Origin: Bacteroidota bacterium
GTDB taxonomy: Bacteria > Bacteroidota > Bacteroidia > UKL13-3
Assembly: GCA_947507965.1 (NCBI GenBank)
Contig: CANNQU010000009.1
Coordinates: 722 to 64,721, forward strand
Direction: 5' to 3'
DNA length: 64,000 bases
This document shows, piece after piece, positions 1 through 10,400 of the stretch (position 1 is the stretch's first letter; each line of letters opens with the position of its first letter). The translations under genes and the position numbers were made by a program. The notes under the pieces were generated by a model. It saw nothing but the letters and a program-made list of their open reading frames with translations, did not search any database and was not told the origin of the DNA.

Positions 1-371
1 GTATCAGGAATTTTTTTCTTAAAGCTTGGCATGTCCTCTCTTCCTTCCGAAATTTTAAAGAATAAAGTGCCATCCGATTGTTTTTGAACAGCAGGTGAAC
101 TAAAGTTTCCAGGCTCGGTTTTTAGCTGAGCGGCTTTGGTACCGTCACCATGCCCGATTTTGCCATGGCATGAGGCGCAATGTTTAGTCCATAAGGCTTT
201 TCCTTCTGCAATTGCGGCTGCATCGGCTTTTACGGGGTTGGCCATTTTTGCGTTTTTGTCGGGCACAGGCCAAGGCTTTTTGGCTTGTGTGGCTTTAAAG
301 CCCGTTGTCAGGCCAAAAATAAGAATCCCTAAAAACAGGGAGGATACGGTAATAACTAATTTGTTTTTCAT
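1..371 (-). CDS. Class I c-type cytochrome, partial (3' end runs off the window start). N-terminal signal/TM segment MKNKLVITVSSLFLGILIFGL, then a CASCH heme-binding motif.
   Basis: Reverse-strand translation from ATG (complement of 369-371) reads MKNKLVITVSSLFLGILIFGLTTGFKATQAKKPWPVPDKNAKMANPVKADAAAIAEGKALWTKHCASCHGKIGHGDGTKAAQLKTEPGNFSSPAVQKQSDGTLFFKISEGREDMPSFKKKIPDT with no stop before position 1. The CxxCH motif and the ...DMP.F... tail are typical of cytochrome c class I. It is missing from the supplied ORF track because it is truncated at the window edge. Confidence 0.7.
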   Translation of the reverse strand, partial: MKNKLVITVSSLFLGILIFGLTTGFKATQAKKPWPVPDKNAKMANPVKADAAAIAEGKALWTKHCASCHGKIGHGDGTKAAQLKTEPGNFSSPAVQKQSDGTLFFKISEGREDMPSFKKKIPD

Positions 372-654
372 TTTAATGTAGATTGAAGGTTGAATTTATA
401 TTTAATCAGCCTGTTTCAATAATTGTGCCAAACCAAGAAATGACATATAAAGTGCTTTTTATTTTTGGGGTCAATCCTTTGGGTCGGGTTAATCCGAATT
501 TGATGGTGCGCCACGAAAATAAAATGATCCGCAAGGACCATGTCAATAATGTTTCGTCATTATTATTCTGAAGCCCTCTTTTCGCAGATCCTAGATCCAA
601 GAACAAGTTACCATTGACGTTATTTTGATGCTAACGTTATTTCTTTAAAAATGA

Positions 655-776
655 GATCCTTCCTTCGTCAGGACAATACAGCACGGGTTATTGAGGAGAA
701 TATACGACTGAATGATGGGACATAGAAATTTGAGTAATTGACCCCATTGTATTGTCATCCTGACGAAGGAAGGATC
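655..776. repeat. Solitary hairpin element: 26-29-bp inverted repeat (GATCCTTCCTTCGTCAGGACAATACA ... TGTATTGTCATCCTGACGAAGGAAGGATC) around a ~65-nt loop. Same family as the array at 5569-6002.
   Basis: Inverted repeat read directly from the sequence. It lies in the divergent intergenic region between the cytochrome c gene (minus) and icd (plus). Confidence 0.6.
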
Positions 777-998
777 TATTGTATTTCATCTTAAAAAACT
801 TCTCTCCAAGATTAATGGCAAAGACAAGGGTTTCTTTGTTCTTACTTGACCAGCATTGGAAATTAAGTCTAACCTAGCACATCAAATATGGAAACACCAG
901 AAATACCCCAATCCCGGGAAAGAACGGGAACTGATATTTAAATTCTCAAATTAATTTTATCTTTGCTCCCCTTTAAGAAGGATTGAATTATTTATATC

Positions 999-2243
999 AT
1001 GCAAAAAATAAAAGTAGAAAAACCTGTTGTGGAAATGGATGGCGATGAAATGACTCGTATCATCTGGAAAGCAATCAAAGATAAATTGATACTGCCTTAC
1101 TTGGATTTAGATATCCAATATTTTGATCTCGGCATGGAACACCGTGATGCCACCAACGACCAAGTAACGATTGATGCGGCCGAAGCCATTAAGGTGCATA
1201 GTGTAGGTATTAAATGCGCTACCATTACTCCGGATGAGGCTCGTGTGAAAGAATTTAACTTAAAACAAATGTGGAAAAGCCCGAATGGTACCATTCGTAA
1301 TATTTTAGATGGTACCGTGTTTAGAGAACCCATTGTTTGTGAGAATGTGCCTCGATTAGTTACCAATTGGACGAAGCCAATTATTGTTGGTCGTCATGCC
1401 TATGGTGATCAATACCGTGCAACCGACTTTTTAACCAAGGGTAAGGGAAAACTTACCATCACCTATACCCCGGAGGATGGAAGTGCGCCAACAACGCATG
1501 AGGTATTTAACTTCAAAGGGGATGGAATTTCATTATCCATGTTTAATACCGACGAGAGTATTATAGGCTTTGCCCGTTCTTGTTTTAATATGGCTTTAAC
1601 AAAGAAATGGCCGTTATATTTAAGTACCAAAAACACCATCCTGAAAAAATATGACGGAAGGTTTAAAGATATATTTGAAGAAATTTATATCAAAGAGTTT
1701 AAAACCGAAATGGATGCTCAAGGTATCGTTTATGAACACCGTTTAATTGATGATATGGTAGCAAGTGCCTTAAAATGGCATGGAGAATTTATCTGGGCCT
1801 GTAAGAATTATGATGGCGATGTACAGTCAGACTCGGTTGCACAAGGCTTTGGCTCTTTGGGTTTAATGACCTCTGTACTGGTTACGCCAAACGGAAAAAT
1901 AATGGAGGCCGAAGCGGCACATGGTACCGTTACACGCCACTTTCGTGAACATCAAAAGGGAAACCCCACCTCAACCAACCCTATTGCTTCCATCTTTGCA
2001 TGGACACGTGGATTGGGTTTCAGAGGGAAACTAGATGGTAACGCGAAGCTCATTAATTTTTGTACTGCACTGGAAGAGGTTTGTGTAGAAACAGTAGAGA
2101 GTGGAAAAATGACAAAAGATTTAGCCGTTTGCATTTACGGAAATAAAGTAAATCATGGGGAACATTATTTATATACGGAGGAGTTTTTGGATGCATTGGA
2201 TTCTAATCTTCGCGCTAAAATAGGTGCTTCCTTCTCGTCATAA
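999..2243 (+). CDS. icd: NADP-dependent isocitrate dehydrogenase, eukaryotic-type homodimeric family (~414 aa)
   Basis: 414-aa ORF. N-terminus [21 protein letters not shown], plus the [20 protein letters not shown] and [13 protein letters not shown]-like blocks characteristic of IDH1/IDH2-type isocitrate dehydrogenases. Confidence 0.93.
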   Translation: MQKIKVEKPVVEMDGDEMTRIIWKAIKDKLILPYLDLDIQYFDLGMEHRDATNDQVTIDAAEAIKVHSVGIKCATITPDEARVKEFNLKQMWKSPNGTIRNILDGTVFREPIVCENVPRLVTNWTKPIIVGRHAYGDQYRATDFLTKGKGKLTITYTPEDGSAPTTHEVFNFKGDGISLSMFNTDESIIGFARSCFNMALTKKWPLYLSTKNTILKKYDGRFKDIFEEIYIKEFKTEMDAQGIVYEHRLIDDMVASALKWHGEFIWACKNYDGDVQSDSVAQGFGSLGLMTSVLVTPNGKIMEAEAAHGTVTRHFREHQKGNPTSTNPIASIFAWTRGLGFRGKLDGNAKLINFCTALEEVCVETVESGKMTKDLAVCIYGNKVNHGEHYLYTEEFLDALDSNLRAKIGASFSS

Positions 2244-2253
2244 GTAACCTTGC

Positions 2254-2297
2254 CGACTCGATAGGAAACACCTATTCGGGGTGCTTTATTCTTATTC
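2254..2297 (+). terminator. Putative rho-independent terminator after icd: imperfect hairpin CCGACTCGATAGG-aaaca-CCTATTCGGGG followed by a T-rich tract. Sits between convergent genes.
   Basis: Stem-loop with a one-nt bulge followed by TGCTTTATTCTTATTCG. Seen in sequence only; a weak call. Confidence 0.3.
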
Positions 2298-4511
2298 GTA
2301 TTTCAAACGTAGCGCAACATAGATATTTCTTCCAGGCGCATTAATGCCGGATGCGAAGGTTCGGTATTGTGTATCTAAGATATTTTCGATACCGGTTTGC
2401 AACGTAAAGTAGTTATGGAATGTATATTGTGCCCGCAAATTTAAGGTGAACCAAGCCGGAGTACCATCAACAGTAGCATATTGTTGATTGTCTTCTCCCA
2501 ACATATTGTATTGTTTTAATTTTTTCCATCCATTGAATAGGATGAAAAAATCACTGCTAAACTTTTTCTCTTCATAGTGTAAATTAAAACGGCCCGTCAT
2601 TGGTGATGTATGATCCAATGGATAATCCAATGAATCGGTCTTAATCCTACCATAGGTATAATTAATAGTGGTTCTTATCGTAAAGTTTTCATCGGCCCTG
2701 TAAACAAAGTTACTGCTTAATCCATATACGAAGGCTTTGCTCTTATTTTGTGGTGATACCACCAACGACATGGTATGGTCATATAGTACGGAATCTTGCC
2801 CATTAAATTTAAAATTATCCGTCACGATGGCGTCGCTGATAAACGTATAGTAAACCACATTCTCCCAGACGAATTTTGCTCCCTTTTTATGGGTAATACT
2901 TAAATCGGTGGTCCATGTCTTCTCCGGTTTCAAGTTTGGGTTTGGAACAACGATGCGTCCAGGGGCCGATTCGAAAATTTTCGAGAGATCATCCACGTTA
3001 GGTACACGAAACCCCGTATTGGTGAAGAGCGCAATACGCCAGTTATTATTGGGATTGGAGATAATTCCTATATTGCCTGAATAAACAGGTGTTTTTTGAT
3101 ACATTTCACGATATGGTAGTTTACGGAAGGTGGTATCAATAACGGTACTGTGCAGGTTGCTTATTCCAATACGAAAGCCATCATTTAAAAAAAGTTTATC
3201 TGTAATTTCAAAGGTATGTGTTGCATAAATCGCGGCATTAAATAAGGTGTTAATTCCATCAGGGTAACGGGTATCCAGCGGCACGGTTGTAAGCGAAATG
3301 ATTTTGTCTTGCGTGGCGGTCGATTTTAAGTTATTGTATTGTAAGTCCACGCCAAATCGCAAATCGTGTTTTTGAAATTTATTATCTACATCAATAGTAA
3401 GACCTATTATCGAAACATCTTCCATACGATGGTTGAGATTTTGACTCCCAAAGTTACGATTGTGACGGCTTTCTTGTAGGTTTTGACCGCTTAAGTTAAC
3501 GGTAGTCCCGTGAAACCATTTCTTGTCAATGGCTTGATAGAGGAGGGAATAAATACCCAGCAATCGCAGTTGTGGACCGTAATACCATTCGGCACTATTC
3601 AACCCATTTCCTTTCGTATCGGTGAGCCGGTCGTAACGAGGCACGTTGCTGCTATTGGAATATTGAACGTTTAACTCATGTGAAATTTTGGTGTTTTGTT
3701 GAAACAAAAGTTTACCCATAAGGTCTATTTGCTTAAATCCACTGAACTTCTGAAGGTATTGGTCAGCGTTGGCTATCAATGAATCTTTTCCGTTTATTCG
3801 TTCTACATAAAATGGGCGTAGGCCAAAGGGTTTAGTATAAAAAGGGTTCACGTTTTTACCCGAATGCAAATCTCCAAAATTGCTATTGGTGAATGAGAAT
3901 AAAAAGGCGACTCTTTTAAATCCAAAATTTACATCCACATGTTCTGTTGTCTCCTTATTTACCGAACCGAACCGAATGAAAGCGTTGGTTTTAAAATTCA
4001 TTTTGTTGTTGAGGGAAAGGGTTGGACTTTTGGAGAAGAAATGAAGTGCACCTCCCAAGGCGTCGCTGCCATAAACGGTTGAGGCAGGGCCATAAGCAAT
4101 TTCCACACGCTCGAGCATGGTATTATCAATGGTTACCATATTTTGTAAATGTCCTGACCGGTAAATTATATTGTTCATGCGCACACCATCAATCACCAGT
4201 AAAATCCGACTGGCTTCAAAGCCACGTAGCGTTGGGCTTCCACCACCTTGCTGACTTTTTTGAACGGCTATACCCTGAGCGGCTATTAAGTCGGCTGTCG
4301 ATGGCGCATTAATGCTTGCTATGTCATCCTTCGTAATAACGGTTACTTGTTGTGCTACCTTGTTTTTATCCTGCACTTCCTTATTGGCCGAAATAACGAT
4401 CTCTTTGATGTTGACCGTATCTTCTACATTTTGTGCACTGTTTTGTATGGTAATAAATGATAGAATGATGTAAAAAAATATTTTATAATAACGATTTTGA
4501 AATGATTTCAT
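2292..4511 (-). CDS. TonB-dependent outer-membrane receptor (plug + 22-strand barrel). Likely real start is MKSFQNRYYKIFFYIILSF... (signal peptide) rather than the upstream ATG at 4649.
   Basis: Plug-domain motifs TLRGFEASRILLVIDGVRMNN and a long beta-barrel. An FRVP...NPNL pair resembles the FRAP/NPNL boxes of heme-type TonB receptors, but the conserved His between them is absent. An internal Met at codon 47 gives a canonical signal peptide. Confidence 0.9.
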   Translation of the reverse strand: MKSFQNRYYKIFFYIILSFITIQNSAQNVEDTVNIKEIVISANKEVQDKNKVAQQVTVITKDDIASINAPSTADLIAAQGIAVQKSQQGGGSPTLRGFEASRILLVIDGVRMNNIIYRSGHLQNMVTIDNTMLERVEIAYGPASTVYGSDALGGALHFFSKSPTLSLNNKMNFKTNAFIRFGSVNKETTEHVDVNFGFKRVAFLFSFTNSNFGDLHSGKNVNPFYTKPFGLRPFYVERINGKDSLIANADQYLQKFSGFKQIDLMGKLLFQQNTKISHELNVQYSNSSNVPRYDRLTDTKGNGLNSAEWYYGPQLRLLGIYSLLYQAIDKKWFHGTTVNLSGQNLQESRHNRNFGSQNLNHRMEDVSIIGLTIDVDNKFQKHDLRFGVDLQYNNLKSTATQDKIISLTTVPLDTRYPDGINTLFNAAIYATHTFEITDKLFLNDGFRIGISNLHSTVIDTTFRKLPYREMYQKTPVYSGNIGIISNPNNNWRIALFTNTGFRVPNVDDLSKIFESAPGRIVVPNPNLKPEKTWTTDLSITHKKGAKFVWENVVYYTFISDAIVTDNFKFNGQDSVLYDHTMSLVVSPQNKSKAFVYGLSSNFVYRADENFTIRTTINYTYGRIKTDSLDYPLDHTSPMTGRFNLHYEEKKFSSDFFILFNGWKKLKQYNMLGEDNQQYATVDGTPAWFTLNLRAQYTFHNYFTLQTGIENILDTQYRTFASGINAPGRNIYVALRLKYE

Positions 4512-4665
4512 ATTTTGAAAATGATGTATTAAATGAATAAGAATGGAATGGTTGTTCATCGAAATGGATTCAGCTATTCTGAAACATTCGTTGTAAAGTC
4601 GTGAAAAAACGTGCCACAAAATAGAGCGACAGGTAAGAATGGAGAACAAGAAAAAGCTTAGCTGC

Positions 4666-5178
4666 TCATGACGACTTTGGTGGTGGCAGGTCGATTTCAG
4701 AATATTTTTTGGTGTAGCATAAATTGCGAGTGAACGTTAGTTCTACTGCCGGGTTCAAATCATGGAAATTGAATTCGTGAATACGTTGAAAATAATGGAG
4801 CGAAAAGAATATTGTCAATGGCCTTTCATTTGAATTTGCAGCCACTGATTTCTTTGAGGCGAAATACGTTGCAATTTTTGTGTGTAACCATTGTTCTTGT
4901 TCATCAGCTACTGTAAGTAGTTCAACGCCGGAAGGTGTTTTGGTGAGCTTTTTAATGTCATACATCTGTTCATTGATGCATATCTCGTGGGCGTTAACTT
5001 GATACTTTTGGAATTCAGTAAAAGTCAAAGTGATACGAATAACGTTTTCGGGAGTTTCATCATTCCAGTTTTTAGCATGCAATTGGTGTATTTGAATTTG
5101 CCAAATGAGCAATGCCACAACACTCTGAAGTAGAATCACTCCAAGTACAAAAACGGAAAAAAATCGAGCCGAGCGCAT
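4666..5178 (-). CDS. Hypothetical membrane-anchored protein (170 aa, N-terminal TM helix), immediately upstream of and co-oriented with the TonB-dependent receptor
   Basis: ORF with a hydrophobic N-terminus FFSVFVLGVILLQSVVALLIW. No recognisable family. Placed upstream of the receptor in an apparent operon. Confidence 0.5.
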   Translation of the reverse strand: MRSARFFSVFVLGVILLQSVVALLIWQIQIHQLHAKNWNDETPENVIRITLTFTEFQKYQVNAHEICINEQMYDIKKLTKTPSGVELLTVADEQEQWLHTKIATYFASKKSVAANSNERPLTIFFSLHYFQRIHEFNFHDLNPAVELTFTRNLCYTKKYSEIDLPPPKSS

Positions 5179-5568
5179 TAGGGCTCAAATTTATTCATTT
5201 TTATTTAACAATTCATCCCAAAAGAGGTGTTCTTTAACAAGGCGCTCTAATCAAGAAACAGCGGATTAATTGGGTATTTCCATTTTTGATGTGCTGGCTA
5301 GAATTATTCTCCACAATTCGCCTCTTTTAGAATGATTGGGATTATTTGAATCATTACAAATGACATTAAGGAGAATCCATCATCAGACTCATAAGGAGAC
5401 GGAAGACTGGATGAATTAGTATTGTTCATACGCAGGAAGGATCAATTCCTTCATTTTATCGTAAAAAAAACGTTGTTGAAACTTGCAGAAGGTATTCAGA
5501 CTTTCTATAGGTTCCTTATCTCTGCTTAGAAATTCTGACCGAAAGTTTTTCAATGATGAAATATAATA

Positions 5569-6002
5569 GATCCTTCCTTCGTCTGGATGACAATACAACA
5601 CTTACTATTAGGGAAAATGTACGCCTGAAGGCGATAATGAGCATTCTTCGTTAATCCATCCTAATTGTATTGTCCAGACGAAGGTAGTATCTCAAAAAAA
5701 GCATGAGAAATACCGTTCATCTGATGCCATCAACACCCTCATGAAGCGACGGAAAACTTGATGCATTTGCCCCCATTGTATTGTTCATCCAGACGAAGGA
5801 AGGATCTCAAAAAAAAAGCACTATAAATGTCATTCATCAGAAACCATCAACACACTCATGAAGCGACGGATAATCTGATTCATAGATTCGTGTTGTATTG
5901 TCCAGACGAAGGAAGGATCTCAAAAACTACCACTCATCATCAACCATCAACTCACTCATGAAGCGACGGGAAAATGGAGGTATTGACCCTGTTGTATTGT
6001 GG
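5569..6002. repeat. Repeat array. One inverted copy of the 28-bp core (5569-5603) forms a hairpin with the first direct copy (5665-5693). Three further direct units follow at 5776, 5894 and 5992 (partial), spaced ~98-118 bp. Each unit is TTGTATTGT(TCA)CCAGACGAAGGAAGGATCTCAAAAAAA followed by a conserved CATCAACAC.CTCATGAAGCGACGG segment.
   Basis: Direct reading of the sequence. It sits in the divergent intergenic region between the TonB-receptor operon (minus) and the RND efflux operon (plus). The inter-core segments are conserved between units, so it is a tandem/satellite-like array and not CRISPR. Confidence 0.7.
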
Positions 6003-6320
6003 TACATGACCTTTCAGTTTTTTTTCGCAGGCACATCAACTATGGAAACACCCGATTAATTATATCGATTTGGCCGCACTATGGTGAGAACGATGAACAT
6101 TTTAAGGGATAAAGTATATCTTTGTGCTTCATTGATATAATGTCAGCGTAAATCATTTATCTGCTAGCTGGAGCTCAGCCGAAATTATGCATCTTATATT
6201 TGGGGGCATTAAAAAGGCTCAACCAAGGAGATGCAGAATATTTATTTAAGACATTACATTCTTTGTCTGAGAAATTAAACTCCAGATTTTCCTATCGTGT
6301 AATCATAAAATGTAAAATTA

Positions 6321-7388
6321 ATGAAGACATTTAAAGTCATCGTAGCTATTGCCGTCGTTATTGGGATCTTTGCCGCTGTTAAAATAGTTGTCTTTAACAA
6401 TACCGGAGAAGTAAATCCTGCCGTGCCATCGGGCTTACCCAAGTCTCCGGTCAACGTTTATATCGTAAAAGTGCAAGAGTTAAATAATAATGTGTATGCT
6501 ACGGGCACCATCATAGCAAATGAAGAAGTAACACTGTTGCCGGAAATTGCAGGGAAAATCATTTTTTTAAATATTAAAGAAGGAAGCACCGTACAAAAAG
6601 GCGAATTACTGGTTAAAATAAACGATGCCGACTTCCAAGCCCAATTAAAAAAGATGGAATTGCAACTGAAGTTTCTGGAAGAGAAATTAAATCGGTTAAA
6701 GCAGCTTTTAGTTATCAATGGCATCAGTCAGGAGGAGTATGATTTGAATCTTAACCTAGTCAACACCGCGAAAGCAGATATCGAATATACAAAAGCGCAG
6801 ATAGCCAAAACAGAAATCCATGCACCCTTTAATGGGGTTATGGGATTGAGATATGTAAGTGAAGGCAGCATGATTAACGCATCCACTAAAATAGCCTCCA
6901 TACAACAAATAAATCAGGTGAAGATTGATTTTTCCATTCCTGAAAAATATGCTGTCGTTTTAAGTGAAAAGGAGACCATAAGCTTTACGGTCTCCGGGAG
7001 TGACCAGAAATATAGTGCAAAAGTTTACGCTATTGAACCTAAAATAGATCAGGCAACTCGTACCATCCAGTTAAGAGCACTTGCCGACAATGCGAAGGGT
7101 GATTTGTTTCCCGGAGTATTTGTTAAAATAGAATTGCCTTTACGCAAAATAGCAAATGCTTTAATGGTTCCAACAGAAGCGATTATTCCTATTTTGAAAG
7201 GCAAGAAAGTTTTCATTTGTAAAAACGGAAAGGCACAGGAAGTATTGGTAGAGACTGGCATTCGAACCGATGACCAAATTCAAATCACGAATGGTTTAGC
7301 AGAAGGCGATTCGGTTATTACCACCGGAATAATGCAGTTAAAGCAAGGCATGCCGGTTAAAACAGTTAAAGCAAATACCACCAATTAA
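6321..7388 (+). CDS. Efflux RND transporter periplasmic adaptor subunit (membrane fusion protein, HlyD/AcrA family)
   Basis: 355 aa with an N-terminal TM anchor, a coiled-coil (LKKMELQLKFLEEKLNRLKQL), and lipoyl/beta-barrel regions. First gene of a three-gene efflux operon. Confidence 0.9.
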   Translation: MKTFKVIVAIAVVIGIFAAVKIVVFNNTGEVNPAVPSGLPKSPVNVYIVKVQELNNNVYATGTIIANEEVTLLPEIAGKIIFLNIKEGSTVQKGELLVKINDADFQAQLKKMELQLKFLEEKLNRLKQLLVINGISQEEYDLNLNLVNTAKADIEYTKAQIAKTEIHAPFNGVMGLRYVSEGSMINASTKIASIQQINQVKIDFSIPEKYAVVLSEKETISFTVSGSDQKYSAKVYAIEPKIDQATRTIQLRALADNAKGDLFPGVFVKIELPLRKIANALMVPTEAIIPILKGKKVFICKNGKAQEVLVETGIRTDDQIQITNGLAEGDSVITTGIMQLKQGMPVKTVKANTTN

Positions 7389-7402
7389 AAACAGTTTCCT
7401 GT

Positions 7403-10400
7403 ATGAGTTTATCTTCCATCAGTATCCAACGGCCTGTTTTAGCTATCGTAATGTCAATTATTATTATTGCGTTTGGGGTAATAGGTTATACGTTTTTAGG
7501 GGTTCGTGAATTTCCTTCTATCGACCCGCCCATCATTACCGTTCGTACAAGCTATACTGGGGCCGCTGCGGAGGTCATTGAATCGCAAATTACAGAACCC
7601 TTGGAGAAGGGATTGAATGGTATCGAGGGAATCCGATCCATCTCCTCTTCCAGCAGCCAAGGAACCAGTCAAATTACGGTGGAGTTTAATTTAGATGCAA
7701 ATCTGGAATCGGCGGCCAATGATGTTCGAGATAAAGTGTCGCAAGCAGTGAGGCAATTACCGCAAGATATCGATGCCTTACCTACCGTTACAAAATCGGA
7801 TGCAAACTCTGATGCCATCCTCTCTCTCACGATACAATCAGACTCAAAAAGTCAACTGCAAGTAAGTGATTACGCAGAGAATGTAATTGCCGAACGATTA
7901 CAAACAATACCTGGAGTAAGTACAGTACAAATCTGGGGACAGAAGAAATATGCGATGCGTATCTGGATGGATCCTTCCAAACTGGCCTCGTTTAATTTAA
8001 CTCCGCTGGATGTGAAACAGGCTTTAGATCGTGAAAATGTAGAGCTTCCTTCAGGAAAAATTTCAGGAAACACGACCGAGTTAACGGTAAAAACCATGGG
8101 GAAATTTACTGATGAGGAGAGTTTTAATAATATGCTTATTAAATCGGATGGCGATAAAGTAATACGCCTACGAGATATTGGCTATGCCTTGTTAGGCCCT
8201 GAAAATGAAGAGACCATTTTGAAATTATCAGGAGTACCAATGATAGGATTGGCTATCAGCCCTCAACCCGGGGCGAATTACTTAGATATTGCGGAAGAGT
8301 TTTATAAACGCGTAGCACTTATAAAGAAAGATTTGCCGAAGGACTATAACTTAAATATTGCTCTCGACAATACCCGATTTATTAAACTCTCTGTGGATGA
8401 GGTAAAAGATACCTTGATCATCGCACTGATTCTTGTTATTTTAATTATTTATTTGTTTTTCCGCGATTGGCTCGTGGCGTTTCGCCCTTTGATCGATATC
8501 CCGGTTTCACTCATTGGTGCTTTCTTTGTCATGTATCTGATGGGGTATTCCATCAACGTGCTTACCTTGCTTGCCATTGTGCTTGCTACAGGCCTGGTCG
8601 TAGATGATGGAATTGTGGTAACTGAAAACATTTTTAAGAAGATAGAAGCAGGGATGAAGCCGGTTGATGCGGCTATAAAAGGTTCAAATGAAATTTTCTT
8701 TGTTGTTATTTCTACTTCCGTTACGCTAGCCGCTGTTTTTCTGCCGGTTATCTTTTTACAAGGGTTTGTCGGACGATTGTTTCGTGAGTTTGGCGTTGTA
8801 ATTGCCAGTGCTGTTCTTATCTCGGCTTTTGTTTCATTATCGCTAACCCCGATGTTAAATGCCTATTTGGTGCGTAAGAATCCGCATAAAAAATCGAGCT
8901 TTTACAACCGAACCGAGCCCTTTTTTGTTGGGATGATTGAACGCTATAGTAAATCACTGGCAAGTTTTTTAACGGTACGCTGGTGGGCATTCGTAATCAT
9001 TTTTGTGACGCTTCTTATTATATTTTTTGTAGGGCGGAAACTTCCCTCTGAACTTTCTCCTCTCGAAGACAGAAGCTGGATGAGGCTTGCCATTACCGCG
9101 CCCGAAGGCTCTTCCTTTGAATATACCGACAAATTCATGGATAAATTAGCCAAATTCATTGTCGATTCGGTACCCGAAAAAAGAGTTTGCTTAACCGTTA
9201 CCGCTCCGGGTTTTTCGGGCTCTGGCGCAGTGAATACTGGTTTTGTACGACTTGCCTTGGTCACTCCTGAATATCGTAAGCGAAGTCAGCAGGAGATTGC
9301 GAATTATGTAACGAAAATTACGAAGCAATTTCCTGAAGCCAAGACCTTCGTAATTCAACAACAAACCATCTCATCAAGTGGTGGTGGGTCGGGAGGCGGC
9401 TTGCCGGTGCAGTTTGTATTGCAAGCACCCAACTTCGAACGACTAAAAGAAGTGATTCCTCAATTTTTAGAGGAAGCCAATAAAAGCAAAGTCTTTCAAG
9501 GTGTCGATTGTAACTTGAAATTTAATAAGCCCGAACTTAACTTGATTATTGATAGAGATAAAATTAAAAACTTGGGATTGTCGGCTTCTGATATTGGCCA
9601 AACATTGCAGTTGGCATTAAGTGGCCAGCGTTTTACGTATTTTAATATGAATGGTAAACAGTATCAAGTTATTGGACAGGTAACCCGTGAGAATCGTGAT
9701 GAACCGTTAGATTTAACATCGATTTATGTTAAAAATAATAAAGGCGTTTTAATACAATTAGATAACGTGGTGAAGTTAGTTGAAGAGAGTAACCCACCCC
9801 AGCTCTATCATTTTAATAGGTACAAATCGGCCACCGTTTCTGCTGGTTTAGCTCCGGGGAAAACCATTGGTGATGGGTTAGAGGAAATGAAGAAGATTTC
9901 AAAAAATGTTTTGGACGAGTCGTTCTCAACTGCTTTCACCGGAGCTTCAAGAGACTTCACCGAAAGCTCATCGAATATACTCTTCGCATTTTTGTTTGCT
10001 CTCTTACTCATTTATTTAATATTGGCAGCTCAATTTGAAAGTTTTATCGACCCGCTTATCATCATGCTTACGATGGTATTGGCTTTGGCAGGTGCTCTTT
10101 TATCTTTGTGGTATTTTAATCAGACCTTGAATATCTTCAGTGAAATAGGAATGATTATGCTCATTGGTTTAGTAACGAAAAACGGAATTTTAATCGTGGA
10201 GTTCGCTAACCAATTAAAAGATAAAGGGCTGGATACCATGGAAGCCATCAAGCAGGCCGCTGCTGCCCGTCTGCGACCGATATTGATGACCAGTTTGGCA
10301 ACTTCGTTGGGAGCATTGCCGATCGCACTGGCCTTAGGAGCCGGCTCCAAAAGTCGCATGGGAATGGGTATTGTCGTCATTGGTGGTTTGTTGTTTTCAT

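Noticed and set aside
136-381. 81-aa plus-strand ORF
   Set aside because: Antisense to the much better supported cytochrome c frame on the minus strand (signal peptide plus CxxCH).
4512-4649. 46-codon N-terminal extension of the TonB-dependent receptor ORF
   Set aside because: The internal Met at 4511 gives a canonical signal peptide (MKSFQNRYYKIFFYIILSFITIQNSAQ). The extension is Cys/His-rich with no signal character.
5569-6002. Possible CRISPR array (regularly spaced ~28-bp repeats)
   Set aside because: The segments between the repeats are themselves conserved between units (CATCAACAC.CTCATGAAGCGACGG), and one copy is inverted to form a hairpin. No cas genes are nearby. It behaves as a tandem repeat/MITE-like array, not a spacer array.
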